Of a stretch of 64,000 bases of DNA, positions 1 through 10,828 are shown in pieces. Where the stretch lies: assembly GCF_964204645.1 (NCBI RefSeq), contig NC_134028.1, positions 18,049,653 through 18,113,652 of the forward strand, written 5' to 3'. Source of the DNA: Tubulanus polymorphus (taxonomy: Eukaryota; Animalia; Nemertea). Position 1 is the stretch's first letter. Each line of letters starts with the position of its first letter. The translations under genes and the position numbers were made by a program. Below the pieces are notes generated by a model. It ran no database searches. It was not told the origin of the DNA and worked only from the letters and a program-made list of their open reading frames with translations.

Positions 1-1384
1 CTTGGATAGTATAATGATCAAGACTTATGTATTGATACATATGTCATCTAGCATTCTCATTTGTAATATTCATGTTCATTTTCAAGTAAATCACATTCAC
101 AGTCACCCTTACAAAAAATTCACACATGTTATTTGTGTGAAAACCACACATCACATGGGTGAATTGTGTGAAAGACACACAAAACATGTGATCTGTGTCT
201 TGGAACACATCAAATGTGTGAAAAGCAGGTGATCATATGTGTGATTGAGATGATATTCACACATGTGAGGTGCTCCACAGCACAGATCACATGTGTGACC
301 GCTGGGATCACACATATCCTAGAATAACACTGTGTGACAACATCAGAAAGTCCAATCTGTGACACGTGTGATTATACACGTGATCACTTCGGCCAAACTA
401 TTCCCATGTTTGTTCGAAATTCTGAACATCTGCATTTTTGCAAAATATATTTTGTCATAAAATCCATTTTTTGGAATAAGAATATTTCCATAACTGTACT
501 CATTACAAGATTCATTTTCAGAACAGAAAAACACGAGTGTCCATTCAATCATTGAAAGTTTTTTAAGTTTGTATTTTCATTCGGCTAAATAAATAAAAAG
601 GTTATTATATGTTTTTGCATTCGCTGTTGAGTTTAGAAAAATAGAAATAATGAAAAACAACTTCGAAAAAATATCAGGTATTTACGGGATTCGAACCGTT
701 CACAATGGCTAGCGAAGGAATGGAAATGAGCATGCAGGCATGCATGGCGCCATTTGCATTTATTTTGAGGATAGTCGTTGCCATTTTTAATTAATTTTCA
801 TAGTTAATTTCTTAGTTAGAACAGTCTGGTGTATGAATTCAAGCTCCAAGGCAAGTATTATTTTGTTTCATCAAATATTTATAGTCGACGATGTTCATTG
901 AATGTACGGTAGTGTAATTGGTAAAATCTGTGGCATATACCGAATCAATATCATCAAATCCAAAACTTTATTACATGATTGATGATACATTGCAAAGTAC
1001 ACATGTCCATGCCTAGATTTTTCAAAGGTTATATAATAAGTCGGCCTAGATTACATCATGAACTCTTTTTAAATCACAATCTGTCCAGTTATGAAAGAGG
1101 CTGGTTTGCATACACTTACTAATGATTTCTTAATAACATTGAAATGATCAGGTTTTGTTTGTATTTATTTGTCTTTCTACATTTAAATTATCACTTAGAA
1201 ATGCAGCTATATTTATTATTATTATTATATTCTTTTTCACACTGGATCTTACTGAAAGGATATAAACAACTGCAACTTACTTTCACTGTCGGTGAAACCA
1301 TTCGGTATCACAAGTACTACGCTGCATTGACAAATACTGTATATAATAATATAGCTGCAAAGCAGCCATAACGGGTTTTCTGCA

Positions 1385-1645
1385 CAGTTTTAGAATCCTG
1401 TTCAACGGTGGATTTCAACAAAGCATTTGATAAGGCTCAACATCAGCCATTACTCAACCGGCTATTAGGAAACAGTATCAATGATAGGTCGCCCAAATGG
1501 CTCAACAGTTATCTCTGAACGGAAACTTGTAACCAAAATCAACGGAACGCCTCATCTTGGAATGAGACGGTCTAACTAGTGGAGTCACGCAAGGTAGTAT
1601 CCTAAGTCGTCTTCTGTTTAATGTCCTGACAAATGACATACACAG
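1385..1645 (+). mobile_element. LINE (CR1/L2-type) reverse-transcriptase fragment
   Basis: Degenerate motifs VDFNKAFDKAQH...KWLNSYL and TSGVTQGSILSRLLFNVLTNDI. Confidence 0.8.
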
Positions 1646-1946
1646 TAATCCAAAACATATCAGACCGAGTAAATTTCCAAAACGACCGTAACACACTGTT
1701 CGACCAAAAAACTTAATGTTCCGACAAAACCACGGGCGACAAAACCAAAATTATGAATTGTTGCGGGTGACAAAACTTAAAATATTGAATTGTCACGGGC
1801 GACAAAACAAAAATAATGAATTGTCGCGGGCGATAAAACCACAATAATGAATTGTCGCGGGCGTTAAAATCAAAATATTGAATTGTTGCAGTGATAAAAC
1901 CAAAATAATGAATTGTCGCGGACGACAAAAACAAAATATTGAATTG

Positions 1947-2462
1947 CGTCATAATTGGCTGATCAAAAATACCTGTCCCAGGTATAAAACATCCCTCTCT
2001 AAGGAATACCCATCAGCAATTGCAATGAGAAATGGCAAACCAGTAGGAAGCTACAGGACCTAGAATTCTGGCCAAAATTGACATTTTTGGGCACTAAAAA
2101 GGTCATAGGACTGCCATCTTGAGTCAGATCGACCCAATTTTCTTATGCTGATGGGCCTTTGGTAGATTCAAATATGAACGAAAGATCAAGGTAATTGAAA
2201 ACTTCGAAAACTTCGAAAATGTTTAAAAAGTGCTGATTTTGGCAAACAACAATGGCTGCCAGTCGGCCATCTTGAATCTGACAGGGCCAGTTTTTGGGAT
2301 GACAATGTGTGTAGGGTAGATACATGTATAAACCAAATATCAAGACATTACCTTGAAGCGTCTTTAAAACTTCCCAAAATAATTGGATTCCGTCTATGGA
2401 TGGACGGACGGACGAAAAGTGAACACAATAACCCGCTGGGACTAAAGTCCCAAGTGGACTGA
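1947..2462 (-). mobile_element. HINE family A, 3'-truncated copy inserted in the satellite
   Basis: 5' hairpin GGGACTTTAGTCCC plus (GTCC)n microsatellite, homologous to the copy starting at 43789. Confidence 0.8.
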
Positions 2463-2627
2463 AAAAGAATTGTCGTGGGCGACAAAACCAAACTAATGAA
2501 TTGTTGCGGGCAATAAAACCAAAATATTGAATCGTCGCGGGCGACAAAACCAAACTAATGAATTGACGCGGGCGACAGCCCAAAAAAAAAAAATTGTCGC
2601 TGGCGACAAAAACGAAATATAAAACCA

Positions 2628-5019
2628 AAACAAGAGCCCCAAGGGGCACAATGGCCAGCCTGTCAGATTTGCTTTTTGTAAATGATGTAATCTGTGGGTT
2701 ATATTTATCAATATACACTCCCTGCTCAATATCATTTACATAGTAAAATCGTGTGTTAACACAGACAGCAGGAATGAATGTAATATAGAAATACTAAGTT
2801 ATTGTATCGTTCAACGCCCCTGGTGGCCATATACAAAAACCAATGAGCTTGAAACTCACCAAGATCATAGACCATGTCATGAGCTACAACTTTCCAATCG
2901 ATTGTCATAGCAAAATATGCATAGGTACGAATGTAATATAGAAATACTAAGTTATTGTATTGTTCAACGCCCCCTGGTGGCCATAAACAAAAACCAATGA
3001 GCTTGAAACTCACCTCGATCATAGAACATGAGCTACAACTTTCCAATTGATTATAGTTGCAAAATATGCTTAAGTATCAATTATGATGTGGAAAAACTTT
3101 TTTCCACCTACGAATGAGTACTGATGACTCCAAGATGGCCGCCAAGTGTGTCATAATTGCCTGGTCAAAAATACCCTCTCGGACATAAAAGATCCCTTTC
3201 CAAAGAGTACCCATTACAAATTGCAATGAAACATGGCACACCATTAGAAAGCTACAGTACTCAGAATTCAGGCCAAAATTGACATTTTTGGGAACAAAAA
3301 AGGTCACAGGATGGCCATCTTGAGTCCGATCGACCCAATTTTTCTCATGCCGATGGGCCCTCGGGGGAAACAAATATATATGAATGATCAAGGTTATTGA
3401 TAAAAGTGTCTTCAAAATTTCCCTCGAAAACTTCAAAAATGTGTAAAAAGTGCTGATTTTGGCGAACAACAATGGCTGCCAGTCGGCCATCTTGAATCTT
3501 ACAGGGCCAGTTTTTGGCCTGAAGATGTGTCTAGGGTAGATACACGTATAAACCAAATATCAAGACATTACCTTGAAGCGTCTTCAAAACTTTGGAACTC
3601 TCACGAACTATCTAGATGGTTATCTCTCGACCTCAATAGCTTCAAGACCCATCTCAAAACAACTTTGTTCCATGCAGCATACCATTAACTCTCGGAAAGC
3701 GAATTGTATTTAACATTTTTTTGGCAGAATAAAATTTGATTAAATTTGCAATTCGGGCACATGGCTAATTAGCATATCAAGGTCATACACCCGATTTGGT
3801 AAAACCATTTTTTTCGCGAACCTTGCGCAATTGTCAAGGATGAATTTTCTGTAGAGCAAATAAAAATTCCTCCCAAACACCAAATCAACTAAAGATTTCA
3901 TAGAAATCGATCTTGAAATACAATTTTAAATCTTAAAATAAAACCCGGAAGTAAAACAGTAGACGACCGCGGGTTCACGTGAACCCTGATATCTGTAAAC
4001 GAAATGTTGGTTGTGACAAAATTGTTCAGACGGTTTTAGGTGGTAATAAGTACGGAAACGTAACGACCATGGTCGACTTATTCGATGAAATCAGGCCTAT
4101 CTATGTGATATCCAAATTTTGACTTTTTTATTCTCCAGACCTCCCTGATATAGAAATAAAAAATGTTGGTGGTACGAAAGTGCAATCACAGCGCCGACGG
4201 GGACAGAGCCGTGTCAGAGATCGGCGGAATAAAAATTGAGGTGGACGAACACGAAGAAGTAGGCTATTGCGCTACTTGAATCACGAAAACTCCTGGCGCG
4301 GCCCCGACGCTTTTCGTTGATTAAGTAATACAAATATCATGCAATGGGTTTTCACAATCTACCGCTGGTATTTACCGGATTTCAATATCACTCCAAAATT
4401 CCTCGAAACCTCGAAATATCGAACCGGAACACTTCCGGTAGATATCCGCGGCTGCCCAACCGGGAAACTTATTTGTTTCAATAGATATTGATAGGATCCA
4501 TCATCTTCACCCGTCAAGGGATTCGAACCCACTAAGCTAAAGCCATGCCAGAATCGGGTCGGGCCAATCACAGCGCTTGTAACAAACCACATTAGGCTTC
4601 TGTGGAATTTCCCAGTAAATGGGCCAATCAGCGAACACGTAGCGAACGCGGAAGTATTGTCGCGTGTTGATACATGACGTCATGCGCAAAAGCGCCAGTA
4701 ATGAAATCGCGATAATTCACGTGAACAGCTGCTGATATTTTCAGATAAACCAATCACAGGGAAGACACAACTTCCTGATTGGCTGATAAAAATTGAAATT
4801 TTCCCGATTTAACTTTCGTGAAAAATGCAGAAAACATTTTTATGAGACCCTATTTCAAAATTCTGCTCGCTACGATTCCGAGAATGGATTACGCTTAAAT
4901 ACGTGATTTGTTCGAATATGCCCTCACTTGGCAAGCAAAAGAGCCTTTTGTGTGGAAACCATGTCATTTAAATTCGCTCCATTTGTATAGTAATAGGCTC
5001 AGCCTACGGCTGGCCTAAT
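2628..5019 (-). mobile_element. Chimeric Helentron-type non-autonomous element, copy 1 (~2.4 kb)
   Basis: 5' TTATTAGGCCAGCCGTAGGCTGAGCCTA; 3' subTIR GGCTGGCC plus hairpin GCCCCTTGGGGC, then TCTTGTT; inserted in a T-run with no TSD. Confidence 0.8.
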
Positions 5020-7138
5020 AATGAATTGTCGCGGGCGTCAAAACCAAAATAATGAATTGTCGCTTGAGGTAAAACCAAAGTAATGAATTGTCGTGGGCGA
5101 TAAAACCAAAATATTGAATTGTCGCGGGCGACAAAACCAAACTAATGAATCGTCGCTGGAGATAAAACCAAAGTAATGAATTGTCGTGGGCGATAAAACC
5201 AAAATATTGAATTGTCGCGGGCGACAAAACCAAACTAATGAATTGTCGCGGGCGACAAAACCAAAAAAACAATTGTCAGGGCGACAAAACAAAAATAATG
5301 AATTGTCGCGGGCAACAAAACCAAAATGGTGAATTGTCGCGGGCGATAAAACCAAAATAATGAATTGTCGCGGGCGATAAAACCAAAATAATGAATTGTC
5401 GCGGGCGATAAAACCAAAATAATGAATTGTCGCGGGCGATAAAACCAAAATAATGAATTGTCGCTGGCGATAAAACCAAAATAATGAATTGTCGCGGGCG
5501 ATAAAACCAAAATAATGAATTGTCTTGGGCGACAAAACAAAAATAATGAATCGTCGGGGGCGATAAAACCAAAATAATGAATCGTCGCGGGCGACAAAAC
5601 CAAAATATTGAATTGTCGCGGGCGCCAAAACCAAACTAATGAATTGTTGCGGGCGACAAAACCAAAAAAAGAATTGTTGCGGGCGACAAAACCAAAATAA
5701 TGAATTGTCGAGGGCGATAAAACCGTAATAATGAATTTTAGCGGGCGATAAAACCGAAATAATGAATTGTCTCAGGCGACAAAACCAAAATAATGAATTA
5801 TCGCGGGCGATAAAACCAAAATATTGAATTGTCGCAGGCGATAAAACCAAAATATTTGTCGCGGCGACAAAAACAAAATATAAAACCAAAATATTGAATT
5901 GTCGCTGGCCATAAAACCAAAATAATGAATTGTCGCGGGCGATAAAACCAAAATATTGAATTGTCGCAGGCGACAAAACCAAACTAATGAATTGTCGCGG
6001 GCGATAAAACCGTAATAATGAATTTTAGTGGGCGATAAAACCAAAATAATGAATTATCGCTGGCGATAAAACCAAAATATTGAATTGTCGCAGGCGATAA
6101 AACCAAAATATTGAATTGTCGCGGGCGACAAAACCAAAATTATGAATTGTCGCGGGCGATAAAACCAAAATAATGAATTGTCGCGGGCGATAAAACCAAA
6201 AGAATGAATTGTCGCGGGCGACAAAACCAAAATAATGAACTGCGCTGGTGATAAAACCAAAGTAATGAATTGTCGCGGGCGATAAAACCAAAATAATGAA
6301 TTATCGCGGGCGATAAAACCAAAATATTGAATTATCGCGGGCGATAAAACCAAAATAATGAATTGTCGCGGGCGATAAAACGAAAAATAGAATTGTCGCG
6401 GGCGACAAAACCAATAAAAGAGTTGTCCCGGGGGACAAAACCAAAATAATGAATTGTCGCGGGCGATAAAACCAAAATAATGAATTGTCGCGGGCGACAA
6501 AACCAAACTAATGAATTGTTGCGGGCGACAAAACCAAAATAATGAATTGTCCCGGGCTACAAAACCAAAAAAAGAATTGTCGCGGGCGAAAAAACCAAAA
6601 TAATGAATTGTCGCGGGCGATAAAACCGTAATAATGAATTTTAGCGGGCGATAAAATCAAAATAATGAATTGTCTCAGGCGACAAAACCAAAACAATGAA
6701 TTATCGAGGGCGATAAAACCAAAATATTGAATTGTCGCAGGCGATAAAACCAAAAAGAAGAATTGTCGCGGGCGACAAAACCAAAATAATGAATTGTCGC
6801 TGGCGATAAAACCAAAGTAATGAATTGTCTCGGGCGACAAAACCAAAATAATGAATTGTCACGGGCGATAAAACCAAAATAATGAATTATCGCGGGCGAT
6901 AAAACCAAAATATTGAATTGTCGCGGGCGATAAAACCAAAATAATGAATTGTCGCGGGCGATATAACCCAAAATATTGAATTGTCGCGGGCGACAAAACC
7001 AAAATATTGAATTGTCGCGGGCGACAAAACCAAAAAAGAAAATTGTCGCGGGCGACAAAAAAAAAATATAAAACCAAAATAATGAATTGTCGCGGGCGAC
7101 AAAACCAAAAAAAGAATTGTGGCGGGCGACAAAACTGT

Positions 7139-9378
7139 AACAAGAGCCCCAGGGGGCACAATGGCCAGCCTGTCAGATTTGCTTTTTATAAATGATGTAA
7201 TCTGTGGGTTATATTTATCAATATACACTCCCTGCTCAATATCATTTACATAGTAAAATCGTGTGTTAACACAGACAGCAGGAACGAATGTAATATAGAA
7301 ATACTAAGTTATTGTATTGTTCAACGCCCCCTGGTGGCCATAAAAAAAACCAATGAGCTTGAAACTCACCTCGAACATAGAACATGTCATGAGCTACAAC
7401 TTTCCAATTGATTATAGTAGCAAAATATGCTTAAGTATCAATTATGATGTGGAAAAACTTTTTTTCCACCTACGAATGAGTACTGATGACCCCAAGAAGG
7501 CTGCCAAGTGCGTCATAATTGCCTGGTCAAAAATACCCTCTCGGATATAAAAGATCCCTTTCCAAAGAATACCCATTACAAATTGCAATGAAACATGGCG
7601 CACCATTAGAAAGCTACAGTACTCAGAATTCAGGCAAAAATTGACATTTTTGGGAACAAAAAAGGTCACAGTACGGCCATCTTGAGTCCGATCGACTCAA
7701 TTTTTCTCATGCCGATGGGCCCTCGGGGGATACAAATATATACGAATGATCAAGGTTATTGATATAAGTGTCTTCAAAATTTCCCTCGAAAACTTCAAAA
7801 ATGTGTAAAAAGTGCTGATTTTGGCGAACAACAATGGCTGCCAGTCGGCCATCTTGAATCTGACAGGGCCAGTTTTTGGCCTGAAGATGTGTCTAGGATA
7901 GATACACGTATAAACCAAATATTAAGACATTACCTTATAGCGTCTTCAAAACTTTGGAACTCTCACGAACTATCTAGATGGTTATCTCTCGACCTCAATA
8001 GCTTCAAGACCCATCTCAAAACAACTTTGTTCCATGCAGCATACCATTAACTCTCGGAAAGCGAATTGTATTTAACATTTTTTTGCAGAATAAAATTTGA
8101 TTGAATTTGCAATTCGGGCACATGGCTAATTAGCATATCAAGGTCATACACCCGATTTGGTAAAACCTTTTTTTCGCGAACCTTGCGCAATTGTCAAGGA
8201 TGAATTTTCTGTAGAGCAAATAGAAATTCCTCCCAAACACCAAATCAACTAAAGACTTCATAGAAATCGATCTTGAAATACAATTTTAAATCTTAAAATA
8301 AAACCCGGAAGTAAAACAGTAGACGATACCGCGGATTCACGTGAACACCTGATTTCTGTAAACGAAATGTTGGTTGTGACAAAATTGTTCAGACGGTTTT
8401 AGGTGGTAATAAGTACGGAAACGTAACGACCATGGTCGACTTAATCGATGAAATCAGGCCTATGTGATATCCAAATTTTGACTTTTTTATTCTCCAGACC
8501 TCCCTGATATAGAAATAAAAAATTTTGGTGGTACGAAAGTGCAATCACAGCGCCGACGGGGACAGAGCCGTGTCAGAGATCGGCGGAGTGAAAATTGAGG
8601 TGGACGAACACGAAGAAGTAGGCTATTGCGCTACTTGAATCACGAAAACTCCTGGCGCGGCCCCGACGCTTTTCGTTGATTAAGTAATATAAATATCATG
8701 CAATGGGTTTTCACAATCTACCGCTGGTATTTACCGGATTTCAATATCACTCCAAAATTCAAAGAAACCTCGAAATATCGAACCGGAACACTTCCGGTAG
8801 ATATCCGCGGCTGCCCAACCGGGAAACTTATTTGTTTCAATAGATATTGATAGGATCCAGCATCTTCACCCGTCAAGGGATTCGAACCCACTAAGCTAAA
8901 GCCATGCCAGAATTGGGTCGGGCCAATCACAGCGCTTGTAACAAACCACATTAGGCTTCTGTGGAATTTCCCAGTAAATGGGCCAATCAGCGAACACGTA
9001 GCGAACGCGGAAGTATTGTCGCGTGTTGATACATGACGTCATGCGCAAAAGCGCCAGTAATGAAATCGCGATAATTCACGTGAACAGCTGCTGATATTTT
9101 CAGATAAACCAATCACAGGGAAGACACAACTTCCTGATTGGCTGATAAAAATTGAAATTTTCTCGATTTAACTTTCGTGAAAAATGCAGAAAACATTTTT
9201 ATGAGACCCTATTTCAAAATTCTGCTCGCTACGATTCCGAGAATGGATTACGCTTAAATACGTGATTTGTTCGAATATGCCCTCACTTGGCAAGCAAAAG
9301 AGCCTTTTGTGTGGAAACCATGTCATTTAAATTCGCTCCATTTGTATAGTAATAGGCTCAGCCTACGGCTGGCCTAAT
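7139..9378 (-). mobile_element. Chimeric Helentron-type non-autonomous element, copy 2 (~2.24 kb)
   Basis: Near-identical to 2628-5019 but lacks one ~150-bp internal repeat unit. Confidence 0.8.
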
Positions 9379-10828
9379 AATGAATTTTAGCGGGCGATAA
9401 AACCAAAATAATGAATTATTGCGGGCGATAAAACCAAAAAGAAGAATTGTCGCAGGCGACAAAACCAAAATAATGAATTCTCGCTGGCGATAAAACCAAA
9501 GTAATGAATTGTCGTGGGCGATAAAACCAAAATATTGAATTTTTGCAGGCGAAAAAACCAAAATATTGAATTGTCTCGGGCGACGAAACCAAACTAATGA
9601 ATTGACGCAAGCGATAAAACCAAAATAATGAATTGTCGCGGGCGATAAAACCAAAATATTGAATTGTCGCGTGTGACAAAACCAAAATAATGAATTGTCG
9701 CGGGCGACAAAATCAAAATCATCGTTTTCTCGCGTTATTTTAGTTTTGTCGTAATGTCGCCCTCATTTGCATATTTGTGTTTTTTTATCTTATCAGCCTC
9801 CATACTAAAGCCTTAAGGTCGCGTAAAACTCGATAAACACTTCAAGCGACACAGCGAATGATCTCCTTTCCCCCACGGCGAACGCTTACTCCGAATGTCA
9901 AGTGTGAGTCCAGCATACGGATAGGAGTGTGTTATATACTTGTATTTAGTAAATACCTTGTGGATTTGACAATGATCGGTATGTACTGTAGGAAATATAG
10001 AGTATTGATGGTATTGATATAGAGGTTGAAGCCCGCGGCCGAATAAAGTAATATATTCTTTTATTTTGATACCTCGTCGACATAACAGCTTTTCTCCGCC
10101 ATATCTCTTCGGCGTGTTTAGTTTAGGCCTACGACTCCCCGGTACACTTATGATTTATGTTAGTAAATACACGGTTAATTCGGTAAAGAAAAATAGGTAT
10201 TGCTTAACTAACTGCTTGACGCCCGCAGCCAAATCACTGGTAGTTATAAATTAATTTGTACTCGATTTGATTCTCATGATGAGGAGTAACTCGCAGCTGA
10301 TCCCCGGAACGACGATGTAGTGACACACGTCGATTTGTTGATGTTTACGACTCGACAGTGCTTTTAAAATCTAAAGTAGTAAATTTCCTGTGTATCGGTA
10401 ATATGATTTGATGAGGAAATTGGGCTATTGTTAAAATTAGTTTTTAAAAACAGCGACAGAATGTGCAATCTTTGGGTAATAAATTTGTTAATTTATGCTT
10501 GAATTGATAATCGACGTGACAAGAAACGTGCGGTAGATTTCGGAAAGACGACTTAGAAAAACATGTCGGCTCTTTGAATGGGGCTCAATTTTCGATGTTT
10601 ACGGCCCGACAGTGCTTTTGTAACGTTGATTCTTCAAAATTCGCACGGAGTATTTGTAGATTGAAGTGAGCTGAATGATATCAGACGGATTGTATCGGCA
10701 ACAGCGGTAATGTTAAAAAGCCTATGTACTTTTGACAAAAAAAGTGTGGAAAAAAAAAAATAATAATAATAATAATAAGAAACACGCGAATCTCAATAGG
10801 GTTTTCTGTGATGTAACAGAAAACCCTA

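Larger units (their letters stand above)
1722..9804 (+). repeat. 31-bp satellite (AAAACCAAAATAATGAATTGTCGCGGGCGAY), in blocks 1722-1946, 2462-2630, 5016-7140 and 9375-9720, inside an IS3EU-like element with right end ...GCCTCCATA at 9804
   Basis: Directly visible tandem array. The terminus resembles the TATGGA...TCCATA ends of the element at 31531-33550. No left TIR was seen. Confidence 0.9.

Noticed and set aside
3077-3556. Recurrent ORFs containing FKMADWQPLLFAK / QDGHP (also at 2143, 7697, 36611, 43723, 48041)
   Set aside because: These are translations of non-coding HINE family A sequence, with frames not conserved between copies.
5016-7140. CRISPR-like array of ~31-bp palindromic repeats
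   Set aside because: The units are contiguous with no unique spacers, there are no cas genes, and the context is a eukaryotic intron; it is a satellite.
5015-7228. Long overlapping minus-strand ORFs (up to 314 aa, VLSPATIHYFGFIARDNSLFWF repeats)
   Set aside because: These are artefacts of a stop-poor 31-bp repeat read through all three frames.
2628-9378. 4.5-kb segmental tandem duplication
   Set aside because: Identity is bounded by the element ends, and the two copies interrupt different satellite variants.
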